DNA from: Callorhinchus milii | Taxonomy: Eukaryota | NCBI RefSeq assembly: GCF_018977255.1 | Contig: NW_024704742.1 | Span: forward strand, 4,838,001-4,902,000 | Direction of reading: 5' to 3' | DNA: 64,000 bases | In this document: one piece after another, positions 50,502-61,278 of the stretch | Position numbering within the stretch: the first letter of the stretch is position 1 | How the letters are laid out: every line of letters begins with the position of its first letter | Program-made: the position numbers and the translations under genes | The notes under the pieces: generated by a model | What the model was told of the DNA's origin: nothing | Seen by the model: the letters and a program-made list of their open reading frames with translations, nothing else | Database searches by the model: none

Positions 50502-50787
50502 AACCGCTCACCACCAGGGGGCGCTGTAACCGCTCACCACCAGGGGGCGCTGTAACCACTCACCACCAGGGGGCGCTATAACCTCTCACCACCAGGGGGC
50601 GCTGTAACCTCTCACCACCAGAGGGCGCTGTAGCCACTCACCACCAGGGGGCGCTGTAGCCACTCACCACCAGGGGGCGCTGTAGCCACTCACCACCAGG
50701 GGGCGCTGTAACCACTCACCACCAGAGGGCGCTGTAGCCACTCACCACCAGAGGGCGCTGTAGCCACTCACCACCAGAGGGCGCTGT
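50502..50787 (+). repeat. 26-bp minisatellite x11, each unit a CTCF consensus site
   Basis: CCACCAGRGGGCGCT starts at 50511, 50537, 50563, 50589, 50615, 50641, 50667, 50693, 50719, 50745, 50771. Confidence 0.95.
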
Positions 50788-50867
50788 CCGGCTGTCGGGT
50801 CATGTGACCCTCGGGCCTGGCGACTGGAAGTGGAGCCGCGGCCGTTGGTGAGTCAACAGAGACCAAT

Positions 50868-51045
50868 GGGGGGGACCGGGGGGCGGGGGGGGGCACAGGG
50901 ACCCGGGGGGGGGGGGGGACAGGGACCCGGGGGGGGGGAGGGGCACAGGCGGGGGGGGGGGGGACCAGGGGGGGGGGACCAGGGGAGGGGCACAGGGGAG
51001 GGGGAGGGGCACAGGGACCGGAGGGGCACAGGGGGGAGGGGGGGG
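50868..51045 (+). repeat. G-run tandem repeat (GGGGG-CACAGGGACC-like units)
   Basis: Many runs of 3 or more G with short linkers. Confidence 0.85.
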
Positions 51046-51226
51046 ACACGGCCTCGTGAGCAGTTGTTGTTGCTGTCGGTCCCTAATCGTCACAGTTCCG
51101 TCGGTCGGTCGGTTCCTAACGGAGCAACTGACTAAGGCGGAGCCGTTAGTTGTGGAGTATTAACTAAGTTTAACGGCGCGAATCCATCCGTATTCGTCTC
51201 CAGAACCAGTCACGACCGCACCGTGA

Positions 51227-51307
51227 GGCCGAGGTGGGGAGAGGGGCCCTGACGTGGGGCCGAGGTGGGGAGAGGGGCCCTGACGTGGGGCCGAGGTGGG
51301 GAGAGGG
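51227..51307 (+). repeat. 31-bp tandem repeat, about 2.6 copies
   Basis: GGCCGAGGTGGGGAGAGGGGCCCTGACGTGG repeated. Confidence 0.9.
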
Positions 51308-51459
51308 ACTCCAGTGGCCGCGGGTCACGCGGTGGCGGAAGCTTCGACGACACACGTCGCGGTGACAGCTCAGACACCGACACGGACGGACGGAAGGACT
51401 TTGCATCTTTGTAATCGCCGTTTGACATCGGAACGTCTCGGAAGCACTCGGCGGTCAGT

Positions 51460-51531
51460 GCCGAGCGGCGGGTCAGGGCCGAGCGGCGGGTCAGGGCCGA
51501 GCGGCGGGTCAGGGCCGAGCGGCGGGTCAGG
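51460..51531 (+). repeat. 18-bp tandem repeat x4
   Basis: GCCGAGCGGCGGGTCAGG repeated. Confidence 0.9.
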
Positions 51532-51809
51532 CAGCGTCTGCGCAGAGACTGAAATCCGTTGAGAGAGGTGTCGGAGGGGTCGGTGACCGTCCGGAAAGGG
51601 GTCGCGGAGGTGCGCGGCGCTCGTTGGGGCCGATACAAAGCGAATCCTCCTCCTCCTCCTCCTCCCCGTACCCGCGGGTACCGAGGCCGGTGCGGGGACC
51701 CGCGGGGCACGGAGTTCGGGGCGGCGTCTCCCGAGCGTTCCGCTGCTACTCACAGGGGGCGCTCGAAGGCGCCACCGGGAGGGACGCCGGAGCCGCTCTC
51801 GTCCCCGAT

Positions 51810-52060
51810 ATGGATTCGGGGGCGGGAGGCCCGTCCCCGGCGGCGGCGGCGGCGGCGCGGGCCGGAGGGGCCGGAGCGGCCGGAGCGGGCCGGAGGGGCC
51901 GGAGGGGCCGGAGCGGCGGCGCGGGCCGGAGGGGCCGGAGGGGCCGGAGGGGCGGCGCTAACGCCGGCGGTTGTGGCCAAGATCGAGAGGAGCCGACAGC
52001 GAGCGCTGCTGCTGAGGCGGGCGCGGGTGGCGAGCGGACCCCTCCCCGCCCTCCGCTCAG
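51810..52060 (+). CDS. XPA: XPA exon 1 (apparent frameshift near 51887; GC donor)
   Basis: MDSGAGG... in one frame and [23 protein letters not shown] in another; ends CAG|gcgagt. Confidence 0.75.
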
Positions 52061-55000
52061 GCGAGTACCGGAGCGTCGCGGAGAGGGGAGGGGGTGGGGA
52101 GGGGACGAAGGTGAATCAAAAGCTGCGGCGGATCCCAAAGCTCCTCACAGGAGAGTCACAGCAGAGCTCTCATCGAGGAGCTTCAATGGCATCGTTGCCC
52201 CCCCCCCACACCCCCCACACCCCCCACCCCCCCCCACCCCCCCACACCCCCCCCCCCCCCCACCCCCCCCCACACACCCCCACACCCCCCCCAGCCCCCC
52301 CCACCCCCCACACCCCCCACACCCCCCCAGCCCCCCCACCCCCACACCCCCCCCCCCCCCCCACCCCCCCCCAGCCCCCCCACACCCCCCCCCACACCCC
52401 CCCCCACACCCCCCACCCCCCCACACCCCCCCAGCCCCCCACACCCCCCACACCCCCCCCACACCCCCCCCCCCCCCCCACACCCCCCCCCACCCCCCCC
52501 ACCCCCCCACACCCCCCCCCCCAGCCCCCCCACACCCCCCCACCCCCCCAGCCCCCCCCACACCCCCCACACCCCCCCCCCCCCACCCCCCCACCCCCCC
52601 CCCCCACCCCCCCCACACCCCCCCCCCCCCCAGCCCCCCCAGCCCCCCCACACCCCCCCCCCAGCCCCCCCACACCCCCCCCCAGCCCCCCACACCCCCC
52701 CCCCCCCCCCCCACACCCCCGCGGGTTGTCCTGATTCCGATGACCGCCCAAAGCCTCTTCTGTGAAGGGTATGGAGTCCGAGGTTCGGCCGTGCAAACCC
52801 CTCACGGTGAGGTGTGAAGGTCCCCCACATCTCCATCGGCCCATTTGGATGAAGGTCCCAAAGACTGACCCCCTACTCCCAGTAGTAGAAACAAAAATAA
52901 ATCAAAACGTCTTCCAAGACAACGATAGCAGAGAAATCCTCCCCCTCGTCTTCGGTTAGTTTCACCGGGAAAGGGACTTTCAATGGCTGTGTATACATAT
53001 AATGCCACATTTTTCTTCCGCGCTGACAGGCGGCACTGGTGCACATCTTCTCCCCAAAGTGAAAGACACGGAGGGCGGATTCTTTCTGGAAGAAGAAGCG
53101 GAGGTGGTGCAGGAGGTGGATAAAGTGATCAGTGAGCCAGGTACCCTTCCATTCACTGAAGGCGTTTGCGGAGTCCTGTAGCTCAGTGGTTAGAGCACTC
53201 GCCTCGCGAGCGAGAGGACCCGCGTGAGATGGCCCGGGTCAGGGCAAAGCGTTGGGCAGGTTTCCTGACACACACGCACACACGCCTCTGTTTATCTAAC
53301 AGTAAGTCGGAACCAGGCTGTTAGTCGATTGGCGGATCGCTTTTCCGGGGGTAATAATCGCTTAAAAAAAAACCCGGTCACTCAATGTACGACTGTTTGT
53401 GGAACATTAATGTGCGCAATTGGCCGCCGCGTTTCGCCCACAAAATACACAGTCAATTTACTTCACAGTATATTCTGTAAAGCTGCTTTGAGACGTCTCG
53501 AAGACGTGATGAGGCGCTGTATGAAATGCAAGGATTATTATTGTAGTACCCGTAGTATGCGGCAGGACTCCTTCATAACTGACAGATGCATTATCGAAAG
53601 ATCTGTAGGTTTTTAGCAGACTTTACCTATCCGGCTAAAGGGAAATCTCATTCTACACATATTCTACACATCAGTGGGTAGGAATTTCACCCATCAGGAT
53701 GTATCTTGAACCCAGTTATTCTGTTTGGCTCAGAATCCTTCCCTGGTCATTTATATTTTAGAAGTCGTACTGGAAACAATTCCTTTTACAGACAGTGGTG
53801 TGAGTGAGTGTGAAGTGTACTGTCCAGAATGCCTTAGGTGCAGAATGATTTGGGTGGATCAGTTCACACTGTTAGATCGTATTATTTGATTTAACAGAAG
53901 TTGTGCTGTACAGGTCGCTAAACAGCATTTATATAGTACTAAATAATCCTGACATTTAGTATAGCAAAGGTCCCAAACCGCTTATCAGGATATACTGTAA
54001 AATGTAGTGACTTGTGTTTTGGATTAATCTCACTATATTAATGGAAATACTTTGGGAAATTTGGTGCTTTTGTCGGCAGAGTACAAGTGAAAAGGTTTCC
54101 TGAGCTATTGAACGTGATGTACAATTTACAACTTTATAACTGTGACATGCCGTCAGCCGAGGGATAATCTGTATAGCTTTCACTTCTGTACCTTGTCCTT
54201 CAAAATAGGGTTGGAATCAACGACTGCAGCTCACAGCTGACCAGCTCTCACACTAAAATGGTTAACCTCTGGGTCATTGGGTCACCACCGACACCATTCC
54301 CCGCACGTGTGCAGCACAGAGGAGTGACGTCGGGAGCGACTCGATGATCTGGAATTCAGCATTTTTTTTATTGGAGGGACCGGTCGGTCGGCTGTGTGCG
54401 TGGGAATTGAAAGCGTTGCTTCATTCTGGGTTGGGATTTTATGTCATAAAACATAAAATTCCAAGAGCTATGTTATAACGGGATTCCAATGTCTTACATA
54501 ACTATTATTAGTCACAGGTGTTGACTGGCTCAGTGCTGTTGCATTGGACCACTGAGTCATTGAGTTAATAATGTCATCTTTTTAATATGTTCTGTGGTTC
54601 TGTAGTGTTCCTGACTGTTCCTGTAGTGTGATTAAACATCTGGCTGAGTACACAAACTTCTGAGGGTATGCATTACAACCAGTCTCTATCCTGCCCAAGC
54701 TTAGGTAACTATTTAATCTGCTGTTAAGGGTGTTTCTAGTGAGGAAGAGTCTACTCCACATGAGTATTTGTCTTCCTTTCTTTCAGGACCTTTTCTGGAA
54801 TTCGATTATTTAATGTGCGAGGGATGTGACAAAGAATTCATGGAGTCCTTTCTCAGCAATCGCTTCAATCTGTCTGTGTGCGATGCCTGCAGGTACTGCC
54901 AGTCGTTTGGTCCCTTTCCTGTTTAAATGCAATGTTCTGTAGGTTTCAGGGACACGGTGCTCAATCCTAGATATTGTGGTGCTCTCAATGCCTGGGAAAA

Positions 55001-57657
55001 TCTGGCAGGAGGTTGAAGCAGATAATTTTGTTGGTAGAAATTGGATGTGTCTGTGTGGAAACTCTCTTGGATAATATGGCAGAAATGTGTCGTGCAGGAG
55101 AGACTTCAGATGGTGAGGACTCTATAGGACATTGTGGGAAAGACTAGATGCAGAATTGATTAGGGATACGGAGAGAAGGCGGAAATGTGAGATGAAAGAT
55201 AAGCCGTGAATAAACTGGTGGAACAGGCCATGTCCTCCTCCTGTCCTTATTGTCAACTATCCTTAAAAATGGAAGCAAGCATTTGTTTCTTATAATAATC
55301 CTTGCATTTGATATAGCGCCTTATCATATCTTCGAGACGTCTCAAAGTGCTTCACAGGATATAGAGTGTATTGACTGTATATTTTATGGGCGAAACGCGG
55401 CTGCCAATTGTGCACAGCAGCGTCCCACAAACAGTCATGGATTGAGTGGCCAAATCATTTTTTGATCCACAAACAGTCCCGACATTCGACTGATAACCGG
55501 GTTCCTACTTACTGCTGGGTAAACAGAGGCGTGTGGAGTAAGGAAACTTACCTAAGGTTTCACGCTGCCCGGGAATCAAACTCAGGTCCTCTCGCTCGTG
55601 AGGCGAGTGCTCTAACCACTGAGCTACAGGAATATAGATCACTGGCAGAAATATTTTTGTTTTTTTGGTGAGCCGAGTGTCTTGGCACATCAGCATGTTT
55701 CTGTCTAGGTACCCCCATGAATGGCTAACCAAAGGAGGAGATTTCCAATTTTTTTTCAGATGAATTAAAATAATCATTCAGCAAATGCTGCATTGTATAT
55801 AAAAACGTCTAACCTCCTGGCCTACGTTTTTCACTCTCTGGGCCCGTTGTTTTAGGTTTTAGCCGTTTCACCGATTGGATACCTTGTTAATTTCAGAGAT
55901 GCTGAAGGCAAACACAGGCTCATCACACGGACAGATGCAAAGAAGGAGTTTCTGCTGAAAGACTGTGACCTGGACAAGCGGGAACCTGTCCTGCAGTACA
56001 TGCTGAAGAAGAACCCGCACCATTCCCAGTGGGGAGACATGAAACTTTACCTGAGATGCCAGGTAAATGCCGGTATCTTTCAAAGTAATTCATTTGGTCC
56101 AACATCAAAGACAACAGCTTCACCTTTATATAGCATCTTTCACGCCACGAGGACGGTCCCAGCTCTCAAAACATGGTGACTGTGGGCAAATTTGAGTGAA
56201 TTGATCTGACCAATGAAGAGATTAACATGGGATCATGGAGCGTAGAGACTCATTACTGTAATCATGATTTTTATGATGGCCGGTTTAGATGAATGAGCCG
56301 AGGATGTGCACAACTTGACGTACCTTAATGTGTTTAATACCTTAATAACTCTAGAATAGCTTTTGATATTTCCTGCAGAGAGAGCCGCTTTCCCCAAGCC
56401 GTGAAATGGGAGGTGGTTGGATAACTGTTGCAAATAAACACCGATTATCCTCTCAATTGAAGGCAAAATATTTTTGGTTTTCACCCCGCGTCAGCGCCAG
56501 GGAGAACAACCGTGCGCAACAGCGGCAATGTTCGAGATCACGTCTCTGAGGTTTGCGTGCTTTTTATTTTTCCGTCTTTAGGCGGCGAAGCGTTCCCTGG
56601 AGGTGTGGGGCAGCGAGGAAGCTTTGGAAGAAGCCAAGGAAGCCCGTCAAGAAACTCGAGAGAAAATGAAGCATAAGAAATTTGACAAAAAAGTAAAAGG
56701 TGCGCGAGGGCGCCTGGCTGTGTCAGGGCCGCCTAACCAGCTGTGGCTCGTATGTGCCCACGTCTCTTTAACTGCCTGTTTGATTCAGGGGAAGATTTCT
56801 TTTTAAACTCCCAATTTTTTTTTCAGATGAATTAAAATAATCATTCAACGTTTTAGAATTTTTATCGCCGCTGTCCTGCCATTGCAGTGAGCTGGCAAGG
56901 TTCCATCGGTGTAAGTCGATCAGTACTTATTAAGCTTTAGAAAAGTCACAGCCCCTCAATAGCCATGACTCTATTCGGCGAGCGGCTGAGCCAAACGCAA
57001 AGGGCTTTGAAAGAGAATGAGGATTCCTGATGGGTGTTGTTAGCTGACCTCAGCCAAGGTAATATCAAACCAAAAAATCAGCTGTAAAACCAGCCAGGCT
57101 TTCTTCTCCTGATCACTATCCTTTATCTCCTGTACGGACATTTGATCAGCGCTGAACTTTGATAAGGTTGCACAAATGAATTACTTGCCAAATAAGTTGT
57201 AAGTCGAGACTTACAACTTGAATAATGATTTATTTGAGTGATGCCTGCTTATACTACAAGAGGAAAATGTCCAATGTGTTTGTGTGTGGGGGGCTGGGGG
57301 GAGTTTTAGAGTGCAGATTTTGATGTAGCTCTTTTGAAAATACTTGATGAACTATTTACCTGTCAGCAAAAAGTCAGCTGTCAATCAGTGATGTCCTAAG
57401 GACAAGATTCACTTGTCAAGAGCTGAAGTCTGTGATTGCTGTGTGTTACCTATCAAAAAGGGTCATCTTAAATGACTACTGTTTGTCGTCTTCCACTGTT
57501 CTCAGAGCTGCGGCGAGCAGTGAGGAGCAGCCTGTGGAAAAAGCAATCAGCTGCACATCAACACGAGTATGGACCAGAAGAAGCGGATGTTGAGGAGGAC
57601 ATGTACAAGAAGACCTGTGTAATATGTGGTCACCAGCTAAGCTACGAAAAAATGTGA
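51810..57657 (+). CDS. XPA: DNA repair protein XPA, six coding exons
   Basis: Exons 51810-52060, 53030-53140, 54787-54892, 55897-56062, 56582-56699, 57506-57657; [18 protein letters not shown]4 zinc finger CEGC...[19 protein letters not shown]-terminal [19 protein letters not shown] at 57728. Confidence 0.96.
52198..52720 (+). repeat. About 520-bp C-rich low-complexity tract in XPA intron 1
   Basis: C runs separated by A, ACA or AG. Confidence 0.95.
53030..53140 (+). CDS. XPA: XPA exon 2 ([15 protein letters not shown])
   Basis: gacag acceptor, CAG|gtaccc donor, 111 nt. Confidence 0.93.
53170..53542 (+). mobile_element. Full-length Deu-type SINE in XPA intron 2
   Basis: GGAGTCCTGTAGCTCAGTGGTTAGAGC head through the (TTA)n tail. 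Confidence 0.88.
54787..54892 (+). CDS. XPA: XPA exon 3 (zinc finger)
   Basis: [25 protein letters not shown], 106 nt. Confidence 0.95.
55293..55632 (-). mobile_element. Deu-type SINE in XPA intron 3
   Basis: Reverse complement, head to tail. Confidence 0.85.
55897..56062 (+). CDS. XPA: XPA exon 4
   Basis: [26 protein letters not shown]...[11 protein letters not shown], 166 nt. Confidence 0.95.
56582..56699 (+). CDS. XPA: XPA exon 5
   Basis: [18 protein letters not shown]...KKFDKKVK, 118 nt. Confidence 0.95.
56985..57135 (+). mobile_element. Possible LF-SINE-like ancient remnant
   Basis: GTTAGCTGACCTCAGCCA...CAGCCAGG...CTCCTGATCACTATCC resembles the recalled LF-SINE core. Confidence 0.3.
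57506..57657 (+). CDS. XPA: XPA exon 6
   Basis: [12 protein letters not shown]...HQHEYG...[13 protein letters not shown]. Confidence 0.95.
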
Positions 57658-57774
57658 CGCAGAAAATGCTGGTCTGCGGTGTCAATTTGTCTTAAATTCG
57701 AAACTTTGCATTATGAATCTTGTATAAAATAAATCAATCTTATATAAAAGTCACAAGCGACATTTTGTACACCA

Positions 57775-58140
57775 GTGATCAGGGCTCTCTCTGCCGCCTT
57801 TGACACTGTCGACCATTCTAGCCTTCTCCACCACCTCTTTCTCTCGGCTGTCTCCCTGGTTGTGTCCTTGCCTGGTTCACATCTTACCTTTCCCACGGTC
57901 TCCACAAATGGCTTCACCTCCAGCCCCTGCACGTGTGGCGTTCCTCACCTCAGGGCTCTGTCCTTGGTCCTATCCTCTTCAACGTAAACATGCTTCCTCT
58001 TGGTGACATCATCCATGGACATGCGGTCAACGTCCACATGTACACGGATGACACCCAATTCTATCTCTCTGCCTCCACCCTCGATTCCAGGAACACTGAC
58101 GTCCTGGATGAGAGCGAATTCAAAATCCTCGTCCTCTTTC
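57775..58140 (+). mobile_element. Degenerate L2 reverse-transcriptase fragment
   Basis: [21 protein letters not shown] and [10 protein letters not shown] motifs in broken frames. Confidence 0.8.
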
Positions 58141-58348
58141 AAAGCCCTCCGTGCCCTATCTCTGTGACTCAGTGGATTATGGCCTGTTCCAGGTCTCCGA
58201 CCCCATCATCTACTGTCTTCTGGGGTAGTGCATTCCACACTGTCAAAACCCACCTTTTTGTAATTGCTGTTTGTGTCACCAGAGCGAGGAGGCAGATCCT
58301 TCAAACACATGTTTCAATGACATCCATCACACAATGTGAAACACAATT

Positions 58349-58695
58349 AATAATAATAATCCTTGCATTTGATATAGCTCCTTATCACGCTGTTGAGACA
58401 TCTCAAAGTGCTTCAAAGAATATACTGTAAAGTGAACTATTTTGTGGGCGAAACGTAGCAGCCATTTGCGCACAGCAGTTGATTGAGTGACCAAATTATT
58501 ATATAATTTTTAAGGGATTATTTACCCCGGAAAGCGATCCACCAATTGACTAAAAATCAGATTCCTACTTACTGCTCGGCAAACAGAGGTGTGTGGAGTA
58601 AGGAAACTTGCCTAAGGTTTCACCCTGCCCGGGAATCAAACGCAGGTCCTCTCGCTTGTGAGGCAAGTGCTCTAACTACTACGATACAGGATTCC
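58349..58695 (-). mobile_element. Deu-type SINE
   Basis: Reverse complement, head to tail. Confidence 0.85.
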
Positions 58696-61164
58696 ATGGG
58701 TGGAGAATAAGGTGGGTAACCTTCCCTTACCCTTATTTCAAGGGTGATAAACTCAGTAATTCTCTCATTTTCCCTTTCGTTGATCTTCAAATCTAGAATC
58801 AAATCCAAGATTGGCCATTGCCTCCACAGATTTTTCATGAAATTGCTGGAACCAATACTGAGCGGTTTCCCCCAACAAGCCAGTGGATCGGGAAATTGGA
58901 GAGAAGCATCTTGAGTGCACACTGACCTCCTTCAATTGTTGGCTCAACTAATAGGTATTACAACAAACTGTCAACAGCATACCCGACCATCGAGAATTTC
59001 TTTTTCCTTCCTCCCCCAATTTGTATTTTTTGTTCTTGTGCACCAGTTAGTCAGTGAGAAACTTGCATCGTTTGGTCTCAGGTATCTGAATATACTGCTG
59101 TGGGTGAATCATCTGCCACTTTTGCCTCAGTTCCTGTTGGTGACGTTAGGTGAAGCCACCACTCGATATCCACTTAGATGATTCAAGTCTCAACATTGCA
59201 CCCATATCTAGTTTGATGTAGAAGACAATATTCCTCCTTCAGTGATCGCATTAACTGATCACGTCCTCCCGCCGTGATAGGCGCTATGTAAATGCAATTT
59301 GTTGTTAATATTTTAAAAATACTGCAGTGAGATTTACCTTTATTCATCCAATTGAGAAACTTAAACTTAAGTGTCAATCGCCAGAATTAGTCACATAATG
59401 GTGGAGGGCAGATGCAATGTTCTGACGTGCATTTCAAAAGTTGCAACGCCAAGTTTCCTCCAGTCCACCAGAGTAAATATTTTCTTCAGGTCTGCACAAT
59501 ATTTTGAATAAAAGGGCCAGTTTTCTGCTACGTTCTGTTTTGTATCCCAACATCTTGGCTGTCCAACACAGTGAAATCAGGAGTTCCAGAAACAGCATAG
59601 ATTGACAACGATCCTTTGTTTACATGACCATAAAAAAAATGTGGCACACCATTTAATCAATTTATTAGCCAAACCGCTTCCTAATATTTCTCAGTTATTC
59701 AAATAAAATTGGTCACCCACTCCACTGGCTGTTTGTGGGACACTGCCGTGCGCAAACTGGCTGTTGTCTTTCACCCACAAAAATACACAACTAATCCACT
59801 TTCCATTGTATCCTGTGAATTGCTTTGAGACATCTTGACGTGATAAGGCACTATGTCAAATGCAAGGAATATTGTTGCTCTCACGATTTGCTTCTACGCT
59901 TGGCATTCCCCACAATTACCCTTCCTTCTGCACAGCAATTATATCTGAACCATTTGTAATAAGACCTCTTCAAATCTGCTTTTCTCGGATGTGCTCACAT
60001 CCAGAGGCTTCTGTAGCCTCTCCTTACAACTCACTAAAGCCAGTAATCTGTCTAGCTCCCCCTCACTCTATGTTCAATGCCAAAACACGGTCTCCTCCAG
60101 GACAATTAAATTGGAAATGAGATGACTTATTTGCCTAAATGTGGTGCGTTATTCTCGTGTACCTGTGTAAGGTTACGCGTTTCTCTTATAAGACCTGGGC
60201 TCACAACAGTAACATAAGCAGTTTCAGCAGTCACTCTACTGAAAGGCTTCAGCCCTATAAACACATGAAAGTTTAGCTGAGTGCTGAACCTGTTGATTTT
60301 CTCAGCCAACGAGGAACTACATTTCAGTTTGTAAGTCCCAGCTACAGCCAGGACGGCAGCTTTACAATAAGGGGCTTGAAGTGATAAATTCACAACCCTC
60401 TTTGTAATACTCCCTGATACATTTGATAGTGTTTAGACCCCCCGCCCCCTCCCCCAATAAACCATACTCCTGTCTTCCTACAATTAATGTATTTTTTTAA
60501 TTTGTAAAAAATATTTGTTAGCTCTTTTCAATCATGGAGTGACTACTCAGTTTTGATTTTCTCATGTTATGCGAACTTGGACCGACCGATACGTATAAAA
60601 TTAAAAAACACAACATACACTTTCTGTTTAAAAAAGTAACAGTATCCCAAATATATTTCAGCCACATTAATGTCTGTAGAATTGTCTGCGTTCCTGTTAC
60701 TGGAAGAACCAAGTGAACATGTCGCAACATTGAAATTCAAAACTTTGGTCGATTGTGGAGCACGATGTTGAACAATTTACAACAAGCTATTTAATTTACA
60801 AATTGTCTGGTAGATCGTGAGGAAAAGAGATGGTTTTAATAACCTTGCATCCAGTAATCAAACCGCACTGAATGTAAAGCAAATTTAAAACTAGAATGAA
60901 TACCAAACTTAAGTCATTATGCATGTACATCCTTTTGGATTACTAAAGTCTCTATCGCTATTGTGGAAGGCCTATTATTTTATGGTTTTAAACAAGAGGA
61001 GGAAGCCTTTCCTAAAATAGATGGCATCATTTGTCATGCTCCATGGTTTTACCGCTGAAGAGGCAAAGTGGCTTCAGGATGGTCTTTCAACACAAGACTG
61101 GCGTGTTAGGAGTTTTCAAAAAGAGCGGGGGAATCTCAAAACGTTCGCTGCTGCTGGAGAGTAA

Positions 61165-61278
61165 CTATGCCTGAAGAGTACAGAACTGTTGGAAAACAGC
61201 GAGGATGTGGTGGTCGAGCTCAGCTGTGAAGAGCAGGTTTTCCAGCGTGACCATGTACTGCTGGATAATCTGGTGATG
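61165..61278 (-). CDS. NCBP1: NCBP1 last coding exon [22 protein letters not shown]...CTLQA*
   Basis: 114 nt ending in TAG. Confidence 0.94.
   Translation of the reverse strand, partial: HHQIIQQYMVTLENLLFTAELDHHILAVFQQFCTLQA

Larger units (their letters stand above)
50400..52190 (+). promoter_or_regulatory. CpG island, XPA promoter region
   Basis: Very high GC and CpG density covering the XPA start codon. Confidence 0.8.

Noticed and set aside
50502..50787. CRISPR-like array
   Set aside because: Units are contiguous with no unique spacers, the context is vertebrate, and there are no cas genes.
51559..52844. Long Pro-rich or Gly-rich ORFs (189-397 aa) on both strands
   Set aside because: They result from the stop-free C-rich tract; only the XPA exon 1 portion is supported.
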